A stretch of DNA of 64,000 nt, taken from positions 80,354,001 to 80,418,000 of the forward strand of contig NC_045696.1 of NCBI RefSeq assembly GCF_009834535.1, written 5' to 3'. Of the stretch, positions 12,351-25,796 are shown in pieces; the stretch's first letter is position 1, and every line of letters begins with the position of its first letter. The DNA is from Camelus ferus. Lineage: Eukaryota. The notes below the pieces were generated by a model, which had not been told where the DNA came from, did no database searches, and was given only the letters and a program-made list of their open reading frames with translations. Position numbers and translations under genes: made by a program.

Positions 12351-14539
12351 TTCCCTTCTTTGTAATAATCTTAAGTGGAAATCAACTTATCAAAAACAGT
12401 ACATTGTTTTACTTAGATGGTGGAAAGCTTTGCTAGAAGTTCTATTACCACAGAAAATATTTCACTTTTTAGTCAAGAACTAAATAATGTAAATTAAGCT
12501 CTCAATGCCTGGCACTCTGTAGGTGCTCAATAAATAGTAGTTTCCTTTAGAAAGTTTGAAAATATACTTTTAGCTGAACAGTATACTTAGAAATCTCTGA
12601 GTCATTTCAGATATTTTGATTGTGAGATATAAAAATAAACATAATATGATCTAGCACATTACAGATGCAAACAAAGCCTTAGCGCTTTTGGATATTAAGT
12701 GGTTACTCTTAAGGAAAGTTAGTATCTTTTCATTTTCTTATTTGTCAAAAGCAGAAGCTAAAATATGAAGAAAAAAGAGATAAAATGCCCTAATCAGTTA
12801 CAAAAGATACCTTTTTATTGAGGATTTAGCTCACAAATAATCTACAAAGATTCACTGCTTTAGGTAAAAAGGGGGGAAGGACCTCAGAGTTCATCTTACT
12901 GTTCAATCCCTTTATTTTATAGACAAGGAAAAAGTGGGACCAATAGTTTAGCAGCTAAAATCAACTCAGCTCTTTAATCTAATTGCCAAGCGTGGAGTTA
13001 TTCATGCTCATTGTGCTTCTGCTGCAAAACATGTTTTAAGACTCAGACACCAGCTGTTCTCCTCTCAAATGCCCAGTGACTGGTGAGCCAAGTGGACATG
13101 GCAAAAGAAGTATTTTGAGACAGCTAAGAAAGTATATTAAAAACCACAATCAGACCTAACTCTGGTTCTCACCTTGGCCACAGCAGGATGTATAATATTT
13201 TTGCTACATCCATAATGGGAACTTATTAGTGGTTAAGGAAATCAACACACAGGCTAAAGAATGTGCGCGCTTTTCCCAAAAGCCACAACTAGAAACCATG
13301 CTCGCAACCACAAGTTCAATGAAAAAGACAGCTGCCTCTTTGGAAGAAAACGCTGTTCCTTTCACTGAACAGGCCAGACCCAAGTCCGAAAAGAACCTCA
13401 AGGGTACAAGAACTGAGAAAGACCAGGCTAATAGCGAGTATTATGGTCTACTCAACTCAAAGTGTTTCTCCCCGACCCTCATGAGTCGGGAGTCAAAGTT
13501 AAAGGCTTGGATTCATGGGGCCACTCACCACAAGAGTTCAGTTTCAAGACACTATGGAATGTCATCTTCAAACTCAAATTAGACCAAGTTTCATTCTACT
13601 TAAATCCCAGGAAAATAATTCCACTAATAGAATGAAAATTTATTATGCTCTATATTCCCATCGCTTTAATAACTTCTGGGAGCACTGACAAAATTAATTT
13701 TAAAAAGATAAATTTGGACTCTAGCTCATAAAATTAAGAAAAACACTGTTCCTAATGCTAAGTTTTCTTAAACTGCCATTTAGGCAAGTCATTTATTTGA
13801 TTAACAAGGCTGGCCTTGGGCTTTGTTTGTTTTTTTTTTTTTTTAAGGAAAGAGCAAGTATTGATTACTAGATTCTGCTATTTTCTGTCTGACATATTTA
13901 ATTGTCTCACAACAGCATACATATTTGGACCAGTGCTCATGGAGCTTTTTGTTCTAAGTCTCTGTATGAGTCACCTCAGGTGGCTTACCCTGCACAGGGC
14001 AGGACCGCAGCGTGACGGGGATGGCAGGTGTGGTGGGGAACGGTCACTCTCCCCACATTCTTGGAGGTTAACAGTAGAGGCAGCTGCATGGGGAAGTCAG
14101 GAGGTGCTGGCTCTAGTTTCAGTTTTGTTACCAGCTTCAACAACGTTGCTGGGCTTCACTTGTTCTAAACAGTACAACTAGAAAGCATTCTCTAAGGAAG
14201 GTTCTCCCCAACACCAATGCAAGCCAAAAGCCCAGGAAAAAAATGTAGACTATTTTACAAATTTTCCTAAATGCTAGCTTTATATATTTATCCTGATTTC
14301 TTTTAGTCTGTAATTCCTGTTCCTGCCAGTAAGGTCCATGAGTCTCCTACCAGTAAAATAATGAGCCCATGAAAATGCATCCAAGAGCACACAGCACAGC
14401 AAGATGAATGATCTTGTCTATGAATGAGTATGAATTTAATCTCTAATGAGCCACCCCAAAAGTAGCGTTACTTTCTCCACGTTTTCTATACTAGGACCAA
14501 TGTCCAAAAGGACAATCACTTTTTGTTCTTCTAAGTCAA

Positions 14540-14830
14540 ACTATTGTGTTTGCCAGGTCCTCCAAAGTCAAGTTCAAATGTTACTTGTTTCAGAAAGCTG
14601 TTCCTGATCTTTGTGACCAAATGTTCTCTGCATGTTTTCCCCTATGTCTGCCCCCCTTCAAACTCCTAGAGCACTTTTCTCCAATGGCACTAATGTTCCA
14701 CAACTATTTGCAGGTCGATATTACGCTCCCAGAGATGGAGGCAGGGCCTGGTTTTTGTTCTTGATCTTGGGCTCCATGGAAGGCCCAGCTCACACAGTGC
14801 CTTCCACACAGCAGGACTCCACTGCTCTGA
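14540..14830 (+). mobile_element. L2 LINE 3' fragment
   Basis: caagttcaaatgttacttgtttcagaaagctgttcctga...gagggcagggcctgg-like...cacagtgcctt. Confidence 0.5.
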
Positions 14831-15762
14831 CATGACTCAGAGCCCTCAAGCACAGAGCAGAGGTGGAGGTTGGACAGGGATTCTGTGCTAACTAGAACCA
14901 GTTCCCCGTGGAAAAGAGCAGGATACTATGCTGCTCGAAGAGGAAAGACAGAAATACTTCTGCCCCACGCTGTTCGAACTTTGGCAGGTGTGCCCCGGGA
15001 AGGAGCAGCCTGTGTCTACGCCACCGGGCGGTCGTGGTTTTGTGGTCATCTCTCACTTCCTTCAGCTGATTCTCTCTTTTGAACTTCTGAGAACAGAATT
15101 TGCTGTTATTAACTTTTGCTCTGCAGCTGAATTATTCCCAAATACATTCAGCCGCCCATCTTCTGGGAGGCCATTTTCAGAGGAAATGGAGCTAGGTTAA
15201 ATAAATACTACGTGAAAGGCTGGATTTGATTTCTGTAGACAACAGTGTTTCCTGAGCATGGAGTCTTAAAAAGAATCTCCTATTTGCTCCGGTTAATTTG
15301 ATATCACACTGCTCACAGTCAGAGTACAACCCTCATCTGTACATCAGCACAGCTATTTCAGATCGGTAAACATGTTTGTCCCGATGGTCACTGAATATTT
15401 AAAGAGGTTAATATCTCTTCCTGGGTCTTATTTCCCTCTGCACTCGTGACTAACATAACACTATTACACAGTGTGGACTTGAATTTGGCCATTTTCTTTT
15501 TAGATAATTTCCCTCTGTTATCTGGCCTTATGAAAGAAAAAACACATATATCATCACATGGAGGGAAATCAGGACCTTTAGAATGTTAATTTAGAAAATT
15601 CCAAATGGAGAATGAAGGATACAACTTTGTGTACAAAATGTAGAACCCAAATACACAGGAAGTCTTTGGACAAGGAGGAAGAGCATTTCAGAGGACAAAT
15701 GAACAAGATTTCATCCGGCAAGCCGAAGCCATAGGATTTTCTCGCGTACCCTCGTGCCTCAC

Positions 15763-15975
15763 CTCTTGTTTCTGTCCTCCAGCTGCAGCGTGTACACCAT
15801 GTCGTCAGCAGCATGGGTCTTGGCGTTACTGTCTCCCCATTTCAGCTTCAGGCTCTGAGGCCCGGCAGCAGCACACTCGAGCCTAGGAGGCAAGGGTGGT
15901 AACGGCCGGGTTTTTGCTTTAATGAATTGACTGAACGGCCCAGCTCCAATTTCATTTATGGCCTGAATTCTGATC
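15763..15975 (-). CDS. FNDC3B: FNDC3B coding exon (~exon 23), 213 nt, phase 2->2
   Basis: ttccAG|G ATC ... AAG AG|GTgagg; IRIQAINEIGAGPFSQFIKAKTRPLPPLPPRLECAAAGPQSLKLKWGDSNAKTHAADDMVYTLQLEDRNK. Confidence 0.96.
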
Positions 15976-17389
15976 CTGGAAAAAGGGGAAAAAACACAAA
16001 TGTTGTAGATTTAAGAAGCAGTCATTCCTTATTCGAAATAAACACTGTGTGGCAAGTTTCTTACTTGTCCCTATACGCAGTATCATGGAATAAAGGAAAA
16101 CAAGTTAAAATAATTCAAGACAGAAAGAGAAATGGGCAGCCTGGGGGACAGATGAGCCTCTCCATTCCAAAAAATAGCCCCCAAAAGCGCATTAGCAAGA
16201 TAACCCTTTGTTCTTTAATTAAGGGAAAAAAAATAGAAGAGAAAGAAAGAAAAGAACTGTTGTCTAAGGGAAGACATTCTCAAGACTTACTTTTACATTT
16301 TGTTCTGGCCACCCTTTAGCTAGCTCAAAGTCAGTTTTGGAAGTAAGTGAGCAATAAAAAAAAAATAAATGAGGTAAGAGAATAAGAGAGTCTCCTTCAG
16401 AGTTCGAAACAAAGGACAACAGCTCTTCAACAGGGCATTTCTCCTCCCTGTCTCCAGGCTCACCCAACAATCTCTGCTAGTCCTTAACCAAAGCTAACAG
16501 AGTGTCATTCCGACATGCAAAAATCTTACCTAGATGTTTACTACGTGCAGCGTTATGGGTAACAAAGATATATTACACTGCTCTCATGGTCTAGGAATTT
16601 TAAGTCAATTATTTAAGATATATAAAACAATGCCCTGCTATTATTCCTATTTTTCTTGTTCCTCTACTTCCTTACTAGTTGACTGAAACAGTTCTCCAGG
16701 GTCATCACACAACACACTGATGGCACTGCCTGTCTTCATTCTCAACGTCCCTTCCCGCAGCGACGGCATGTTGCTGGAGCTTGTTTCCTCCTGGCATTCA
16801 GCAGCCTGCAGACCCCTGCAGAGGCCTTCCTCCTCTGTTCTCAGGCTGAAAGTCTCACACACGCCCCCACCCCACCCTCTGCTCTCTCTCCTGTACCATA
16901 TGGTCAGTTCCCTCAGTAACCTCAGCATTTTTACAGCTTCATCCGCTTAAGATCTTTCCCAGGTCTGCATCTCCTCCACCACCTCATGCCTCATTACTAG
17001 GCCTCCAGTGGAAACTTGCACCCAGACCCCTTGCTAGGTACAAAGGCATCTTACTGAGCTGTATGAGCAGTGTGGTGTCACTGACTCTAAAACTTTCAAC
17101 ATGTAAACTTGATTTGAGCTTGAAACAGTGTTTCAAAACACATGATAAAAAATACAAAGAGGTAAATGCTCAGGGAACAGGTTAGTTTAAAATATTCTTA
17201 TAATTTAGTTTTACGTACTTCTCACTTACAGCAATTATTACTTATACTTAAACAGAAAATTTAGGTATTGCCTAAATTCATCAAAGGATCTCAAATTAAT
17301 CTTAATTCTGTAAATCTAAAATTACATAATTCAGCAAGTCAATTTAATAACATGTCTGTAAAGCGTTAAGAAGAAAAAACACAACAGAT

Positions 17390-19310
17390 TAATTCCAGGT
17401 GAGATGGAGTAAGCACACTCTCTCCTCTCTGCCCTGAAGAATGCAGCTATTAAACCTGGACAAAATAAATGAAGCAGCTATTTAAGAATTCCAAAAAGGA
17501 AATAGCAGGAGGATTTGGGGAAGAATCTGAACTACCACCAAAGCAGCAGTGAATGCATCATTTTCTTCCCCTCCATTATCCCCCAGACTGGACTCAATGC
17601 AGCCTAAAATCCAGGAGTGGACAACTGCACGGACAGAGAGCTTTAGGAGAAGCCTGGCTCGAAAAAAGAAAAGGTCTCTGAACGGTCAGAGTGAACAGGG
17701 GAAAATCCTTCAATCCTCCTTTTTTCCCTTCTTTTCTGCATTCCCTCATTCCCTAGCCCTTAGCTAATTCCATCATATTAACAGCCTGAAGAAGAAAAAC
17801 CACATGATCATATCAACTGATTCAGCAAAAGCATCTGATGAAATCAAAACATACATTCATAATAAAAATTCTCAGCCAACTATGGATAGAAGGGAACTTT
17901 CTTAACCTGAAAACGGCATTTATAGAAAGATCAACAGTTAACATTACACTTAATATTGAAAGACTAAATGAAAGGTCAGCAACAAAGCAAGGACGTCTAC
18001 TCTTACCACTCCTATTGAACATCAGGTACTACAAAGTCCCTGCCAGTGGGGGAAGAGAAAGGCACAGAGATGGGAAATAAAGAAACAAACTGCAACACTG
18101 CTGAGACCGTTAAAGACCACCCAAATAGAGGCGCACAGTGACCATGAATTGGAAGACTCTACACAGAAAGAATATCCATTCTCCCCAAATTGATCTATAA
18201 ATGTAATGCAATTCTAATAGAATTCCAGCAGGATTCTTCTTAGAATAGATAAGCTGATTCTAAAAGTTATGTGGCAAGGTAAAGGAACTAAAATTGCCAA
18301 CACAAATTTGAAAAGTAAGAATAAAGTTGGAAGAATCACACTACTTGATTTAGAGCTTACTGTAAAAACTACAGTCATCAAGATAGTGTGGTACTGGTAA
18401 AGGGAGAGACACAAAGATCAACAGAATAGAGATTCCAGAAATAGATCCACATAAATATGACCAATAGATTTTCGACAAACGTGTGAAAGTAATTCAATGA
18501 AGAATGAACAGTCTTTCTAAAGTGGTATTGGAACAATTGGCTATCGAAAGGAAAAATAAACTTCAATAATCTAAACCTCATATTTAATTCAAAATTTAAC
18601 TCAGAATGTATCATAGATCTAAAAGTAGAATGTAAAATATAAAACTTTTAAGAAAAAAAAAACATGAGAAAATATTTGTTGCTTAGAATTAAAGAGCTTT
18701 TAGATACGATGTGAAAAGCATGATCCATAAAAGAAAAAAAACTGAAAAACTGGATTTCATCAAAATTGAACAGTTTTGCACTTTTGGAGAATGAGGACAA
18801 GCTACAGAGAAAAATATCTACAAATTATATATTTGACAAAGGAATTGTACCCAGAATGTGTAAGACCGCTCAAAACTCAACAGTAACCAAACAACCCAAT
18901 TAAAAGATAAGCAAAAGACTGGAACATACATTCCACCAAAGAGGATATATACGTGGCAAATAAGCACACGAAAAGATGTTTAACATCATTAGCCATTAGG
19001 AAAAATGAAAATTAAAGCTACATTGAAGTACCACTATATCCCTATTAAAATGGTTAAAATAAAAAGTGCTTAATAGGATAAGGAACAACTGAAAGTCTCA
19101 TATTTTGCTGGTGCAAAATGCAAAGTGTATTATAACAACATTGGAAAACTTTTTTTTTAAAGTTTCTTATAAACTTTAACATTAACTTATCATTATGACC
19201 CAGCAATCCCACTTCTTGGGCTTTACTCTAGAGAAATGAAAAGTTTATGTTTACACAAAAACCTGCACATAAATGTTTATATATCAGCTCAATACATAAC
19301 CCCAAACTGG
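17390..19310 (+). mobile_element. Ancient L1M-type LINE: 5'UTR-like segment plus degraded ORF2 (RT to C-terminus) and start of 3'UTR
   Basis: 17765-17880 translates as a degenerate IHHIN..KKKNHMIISIDAEKAFDKIQH (L1 ORF2 RT); caagatagtgtggtactgg; gacccagcaatcccacttcttggg; many frameshifts. Confidence 0.9.
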
Positions 19311-21321
19311 ATGAATATCTGCCTCACTGTCTGGAACGCAGTAAACACTTATCTCTGATAAAGTATAGCAAAAATTCCATTATGAAGAGACTTACTTTTC
19401 CCAGAGTCTATTATACTAAGGCTACACCAGGTCTCTTGTAGATAAGGCAATGTCAGGTTCTCAACATAACATTCAAAGACTACAATAAACTCTTCTTGTC
19501 TCCCAACAAGAGTCTTGTAAAATAGCCGTATGGTATTAATATAAGAGTTTTTTTTTTCTTACGATTGGAAAAGAAATTTTTCTGCAACTGGAGAGGAAAA
19601 ATCTTTTTTAAAAACTGGTCATCAGGGTGGTAGAAATTGCCTTTTTTTCCCTACTTAGGAAAAGGGAATTAAGCCAGACTTTGTCTTAGTCTTTTTTCAA
19701 TGGTGTACAAATTCCCTCACTTACAAGGTTTATATTAATGTCTTTCTACTGTCCAGACTGCCATTCTTTCCCGTTATTCTGGGCACGGGTACGCCTAGAG
19801 CTCAGAGGTCAAGACGGAATTCCTTCCACCTGCCTGCCTATTGTCCTCCAGAGCCAAGCTCACTTTGTTTTCAAGGTGATCCTACTGTTTCACTCCATGC
19901 AAAATGTGTTTCAGTAAAAATGCATGGAAAATATTTTCTCTGGGTAGCTGATGTACTGGATAATAACGTTAATTAGTTTTAATGATAAAGTTATGATCAA
20001 AACAAACAGAACTGAGGAACTGATCAAATGAAATGAGGCCATGTCTTCTTGCATTCTGGTAAAAGTATTAAGAACCTGTGAGTCTAGGAGGGTGAAAAAA
20101 CTGAACAAGGACTAAGGTAGTTAATACTTCTTTTGTTTTGGGATGAAAAAATGCAGTATGTGAAAATGATTTCCTAATTCCTGTGAGAGCTCACCCAGGA
20201 CTAATGAAGAAAACAAACACTAACCCGACGAACAATTCCAAGAATTCACCTCAGAAAAAACTGATTTTCACGTTTTATTAAAGTCTATCCCAAACCCAAA
20301 CTTGAGAAGTTTTCTCTTAAATTGCGGTAACATGTTAATCTTAACATTTAGATAGGGTCTGCACTTAAAAAACCAAACGAACCATGCAATGTATATCAGT
20401 TTCTGAAATCTTAAACTCTACAAATTAAACAAAAGAAATGCTTTGCATTTAGGGAAGTGATTTAACTCTGAGAAGCTCTGCTTTGGCCAGACTGATGTGG
20501 AAAATCTCTTCAAGTATCCAGAAGTCTGCAATATCCATCAATACACTGATAATACTGAATAAATCAAATTAAGAAGCATATTCTTTATAAATTTTGATTG
20601 AAAATCCACTACTAAAGTATCTAATTTTAGATGCCAAATACATCACTGCTTCAGAAGGTCCTAGCCTTCCATAATGCACTTTACACACACGTGTTCTCGC
20701 TCTCAAACGACCCTACATATGTTAAAAGAATGACTTTGAAAACAAAAGCTTCCTCACCGGGGGAAGGTGACTCCTTAATCATAATTAGCCACCCCGGGAA
20801 TCAGGGTGTCTTGAACGCGGGGCTGAGGGGACAGTGAGGATAGCTGCTCTTCCCCCATAAAGAGTTGGGGCAGGACAGGCCTAAGCAACAAAAGACGGGC
20901 TTTTCACTCCACCCCACCCCCCACCCACCATCTAATCATCTAAGAAGAGAGGAATATGAAATAGAATCATAATCAGATGCCTTCTGAGGAAATATTAAAC
21001 AGTAGTTTAATCTTTGGGGGAAAAGATGTGTTTAAAATTATTCAGAGAAGGCTCCCTGGAAAGGGATTTTGCTTTGCTGGCTCAGATTCATCCCTCTGTT
21101 CAACCAAGCTACTTCTGACAGCTTCTCATACGTCCGTGCCACCATCCCGTCTCCAGGCACATACTTGCATTTTTTTGTGCCCTGCCTTGACAGGAAAGCA
21201 ACCTTAAATGTCTCCCTTGGCGTAAAGGATAATGCCAGATTTCCACACACAGTTCCACTGCTAATCTGGTCACAACCCACCTGCTAGCTCACTTCTTCCT
21301 TACCAAACACTGGCAACAGAT

Positions 21322-21545
21322 CATTTATCGAGTGCTTACGTGGTATGTGTCAGGTCCCACACAAGGTGCCTGAAGTCTCAAACGCACAACAACCCTTTAG
21401 GTAGTTAAAGCAAGTATCCCCATTTTACAGATCAGAAAACTGAAGCACAGAGAGCTTAAATTATTTCCCAGAGGTCACAGAGGCAATGAGTGAGGGACCC
21501 AGGATCGATGTCAAGGCTGTCCGACTCTGGTCCACTACTTTTGAA
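21322..21545 (-). mobile_element. MIR SINE, near full length
   Basis: atttatcgagtgcttac...ccccattttacagatcagaaaactgaagcacagagag...ccagaggtcacag. Confidence 0.85.
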
Positions 21546-22029
21546 CTACTCAGAACTTTCTTCCTTATAAAGTCCACTTCATCCTGTTAGGATGAAATGA
21601 TTTATGATTCACTACTTGCCAGGCTAATGTAGTGCTTGTGACATATAGTAAGGACTCAAAACAAACATTATTTTCATCCCATTTTACCTAGCAAAAAGAG
21701 CACAAATGAACATAGCAAGCACATCTACTTAAGTTTTAGTTGTCTGCCAGCTTAGTATAATGAGGTTGCCAAAAAAAAAAAAAAAATCTTATGCAACCTC
21801 ATTAACTGTTCAATATGGAGAATGAGGAAGGTGACAGTCTTGCTCTGAGCCGGCCAGCCAGACCATTCCTGCAGACCAGGGCACTACTCATTAAAGAGGC
21901 CATCAAGAAACAGAAATCACCCGATGATGAGGATGGAGGGGGTTTTAGAAAACCCATGCCAGTGACGACAGATGTGAATGAAGTGAGGATGGCTAAGTAG
22001 GGAACAGATGCCATTATAAGATGAGGCTT

Positions 22030-22113
22030 AGTCTAGGCCCCAGGAGTAGGGCTCAAACTTCTGTATTTTGCAAAAGCTTCCAGGTGATTCCTGCACAGAT
22101 TCAAGAATCACTG
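22030..22113 (+). mobile_element. MER5B-like fragment
   Basis: ctgtattttgcaaaagcttccaggtgattc...tcaagaatcactg (terminal inverted repeat end). Confidence 0.6.
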
Positions 22114-22121
22114 CTCTAGGG

Positions 22122-22309
22122 CAGAGGTTCTCAAACTCTAACATACATCAAAATCTTCTGCAGGGCTACTTAAAGCACAGAGTGTCAGGCCCCACCCCTA
22201 GAGCTGCGGACTCAGTAGGTCTCCAAGAGGGCCTGATAAATTGCATTTTAACAAGTTTCTGGGTGGTCGTGCTGCTGCTGGTCCAGGAACCACACTTTGG
22301 GAATCACTG
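22122..22309 (-). mobile_element. Full-length MER5A (188 bp) with 8-bp TSD
   Basis: Terminal inverted repeats cagaggttctcaaa / tttgggaatcactg; flanks ctctaggg (22114-22121) and ctctagag (22310-22317). Confidence 0.9.
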
Positions 22310-24984
22310 CTCTAGAGGAAGCTCCAGGATCAATTGAGTAAATTTTTAGCCAAAATAAGGGAAACTCTTTAGAAGCAGAGTCGTACACAAATGGAATGGA
22401 CTGGCTGGTGAGCAGGAACTGAAACTACTGCTACATCACTGGAGATGCCCACATCAGGGCACTGGGAAGGGATGACACCAGGCAATCTTGACGCTCTCAG
22501 CTCACAAACAGGCTTTTTGGGGGGCTCTGTGTGGCTGGAAGCATGCAAAAAGGAAAGTTACGTCTCTGTTTTTTTTCCCCCTCCTCAAACCAAAGCACAA
22601 ACTCAATTTTAAACTCAGTTCTAAGCTTAAAAGTAATGCTTTAAAAATAGCACTGTAATTCCAACCAAATTCTATACAGGGTGTCAGTAAGCTGTGCGTG
22701 GTTTGGCAAGCACTGCTGGAGAAAGAAGGGAAGGACCCATTTTTGTGTCAGCAGGTGTGCTAGAGAGGTGCACATTTCTGTCCCAGCAAGACAGAGAAAG
22801 AATGAATTCAGTGTGAGAACAATGTGTAACTGCTGAAGGTTTAAAAATACAAACAAAAGAAACAAGTCCTTTTTTATCCAAGCCCCATAGTCTGCTTAAA
22901 ATGTTTATTCCACATTTTTATCTAGAACATCATGATCTGTTCACTTATATTTTAACCAATTTATGGGACACAAAAAGGTGAGGTAAAAGTTGATTGGACC
23001 AAAATTATACCCTCAGTTCCTTGAAATACTCATTTTGTATTTCACTACAATTACTGCAATTGTGTTTCTGAAACATAAAAGAACGTGAAGGTGGGTTGAC
23101 CAGAGTTCTACTATAGAGTATCCAACTGGGTGCTCCAGAAACAAGATTCCTTAAGTTGGACAAAGGATGATTTTACACAGGGATATTAATTTTAATATAT
23201 TAAATATGAAACATCCAATTTATTTATTAATCAGCCAGCAAAGACTGACTAAAATGGCCAAGAACACACAAGCTGACTCAGGGCCAAGCTCTGTCATTTC
23301 TAAAGCTGTACATATTCCATGCAGTCCGTCTACAATGGTGTCTTCCGAGCTACCCTGTTAGGTTAAGAGGTGATATCCTCCCAAGGTGGCTCTCCACACC
23401 CGGCTCAATACATCAGCACATGAACACACTGCATATTAACACTGACTTGAATTACTTATGCTGCACCATTGAATGCTTTCAAAATAGATTCTTGAGGTTT
23501 CACTATCCAAGTCTAACTTCATTATTCTATAGTTGCTATATCACTAAACCACTTCATCTCCGTAACAGAATTATCCTCTGAGGTACTTTTAAACATGTCT
23601 TTAAATCAACCACTTATGTGGAAGATATTCTTGATAATTTCCACTGCAACTGGCATTTCATCGTTGAGCAAGGACCCCCTTCTTCCGTTCCCTCACCTGA
23701 GCCTTTGCGTTCTAGATTCCTTTCCTGCAGCCATTTGACTGTACGCTGACTAATAAACAGCATTCCTCCCACATCCACCTTCCACAGACCTTAAACCTTT
23801 ATAATCATTTAAGCCACCTTTAAGGTACATGTGTCAGGAAGAAGCAAAATTCTTGGGCTAACATCTTACCCTAAAAGCCCTTTTATGATTTCTGACCCGA
23901 GTGCTCAAAGGACTGACTTGAGGATTTGAGTTCACTGTGGTGCAGACATGGGTGTGGATCACACTGGACACTAAATCTTTTGGTGAGCCCTGAACCAGTG
24001 GCCTCGTAACTGGTTTTCTAGCCTGAGGGATCCAAGTCAGGCAATATTCCGGACATGTGGTCTCTCAGAAGCAGCTAGGGACTGACACTAACTTGGTCAT
24101 TTTCCCCCAGAGATATACCTGTTATCTTCTTGTCAGGTCAGGTCTCCTTAGCGCATCATCACTAGGGAAAGTCTCTGAGGCCAAGGCGTGGGTTTAGTCA
24201 CCTCTGGATTTCCTCAGCACTTGATTACAGTGCTCTGGACACTTAGTACTTGGTCAGCAAATGAAAGAAGAGACTGGTTTTCTGAGACCAGCTAGAAGTG
24301 AAAAGACGCCCTTGGCCTGCCTCGTTATCCATGTAAGTTACACCTCCTTTATTTAGTTTCTATCACGAGTCCCACTGCAAACCACCTTGACCATTCTCAA
24401 CCCTGGGTCTTCCTCTCTGAAACACCAACAGGGCTCTGTATAGGGTTATCTGCAGCCTGTGATAGCACCATCACCTACTGTCTTACGTTGCTGTTTAAGT
24501 GTTCCCCAACTCTGACTGCTCTGAGGGCAAGGATAGTGTACATCACTATTTTATAGACCCACGGCACACAAGATTGTGCCCAAAAGGGTTTTCTTAAAAG
24601 AAGGAAAGAGTAAACAAGTAACTGTCACTGTTTTGAAAAGCAAAATGAATACATTTATATGAATTATTCATAAAATATATGGTAGGAGAGAGAAAGAGCA
24701 GAGATAGTATGTTAAGGCAGGATGGAACTTTTGTATCTTCCGGCTGCTTAGCTGATTTCTTTCTTCAGCTTCTGAGGATTAAAAGGGTAGTCTATCAGAC
24801 TACAACATTAGAAAACATGCAGAAAAAAGATAAGTAAAATGATAAGACCCCTTTCAGCAGCAAGTTTACCTGCCTGCCCTTCATTCCCCCTCTACCCCAA
24901 GAACCAGTTTTCCTGGCTGACGATCTTGAGGAGGAGGAGAATTACTGTGCATTTGCTATGTACTTCCGGATTCAACATTTAATA

Positions 24985-25130
24985 TTCATTTATTTACTAC
25001 TTACAACATGCTTATGAGGTAAGTAATACTGTTCTCCTCATTTTGTGGAAGAAGCTGAGACCCAGAGAACTTAGGTAACTTGCCTAAAGACATAGCTAAG
25101 GACCTGTGCCTGAATCCATGCTCTACTTCC
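24985..25130 (-). mobile_element. MIR SINE
   Basis: tatgaggtaagtaatactgttctcctcattttgtggaagaagctgagacccagaga...taacttgcctaa. Confidence 0.7.
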
Positions 25131-25706
25131 CCTCCTTGAGAAGCCATTTAATCTGACAAAGGGAGACACCCTGGTAGGGCACACCGGAGTAACCAGAAAG
25201 TTCCTGTACTTGTCCAACACTACTCATAAACTTTTTGTTCTTGTTTTTGTCCCCAAGCTATGGCATCTTGGGGACAGAGCTAAGTGACTTGAAATCTTAA
25301 GAGGCCATGTTGAGAAAAAGGAGTATGAGAAGAGGAAGGAGAGGCGGCTGGCTCCGAGATGGGAACTCTGGGGGAAAGGAAGAATGCAGGTGGTAACTGA
25401 GTTTGGCTGGGTGGAGTCTGATGTAACTTCTTTCCTCTCCTCCCTTGTAAAATGTCAAGTAAAAGCTACATCACAAATGCTTTGTAATACGGTATCTGCT
25501 TTGGAGATTCAGAAGAATGGCAGAGCCTGCTTCAGATGTGGGTAAGTCCACGGTGGGAACAGAAGGTGTTCACAGGGCAATGAGTCACAGTAAAAATACC
25601 AACAAAAGTAGTTTATCAAAAGACCATGAGGGAGGAACTGATTTAAAATGATAAGTGAAATGCCCCTTCAAGGGGTAGGAATTATATCAATTTGTAACCG
25701 ACTCTT

Positions 25707-25796
25707 AATTTTAATGGAGGCCCCGGGAATTGAACCCAGGACCTCGTGCATACTAAGTGCTCACTCTACCACTGAGCTATACCCTCCCCTCCTCTA
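25707..25796 (-). mobile_element. tRNA-Ala-derived SINE (camelid Vic-1 type)
   Basis: Reverse complement reads ggggagggtatagctcagtggtagag...gcacgaggtcctgggttcaattcccggggcctcca + A-rich tail; A and B boxes present; imperfect TSD gtaaccgactctt (25694-25706) / gtaaccaattctt (25797-25809). Confidence 0.85.

Larger units (their letters stand above)
21730..22470 (+). mobile_element. L3/CR1 LINE relic interrupted by MER5 elements
   Basis: gttgccaaaa...gaggaaggtgacagtc...gggcactactcattaaagagg...ggatggagggggttttagaaaacccatgcc and, after the MER5s, aaatggaatggactggctgg...catcactggagatg resemble recalled L3. Confidence 0.6.

Noticed and set aside
17822..18614. Several ORFs in both directions
   Set aside because: Fragments and antisense shadows of degraded L1 ORF2.
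21815..22000. Protein-like 61-aa ORF (MENEEGD...)
   Set aside because: Lies within decayed L3/CR1 sequence; no gene structure.
25715..25790. Functional tRNA gene
   Set aside because: The anticodon arm and acceptor stem are mismatched, and it has an A-rich tail and TSD, so it is a SINE.
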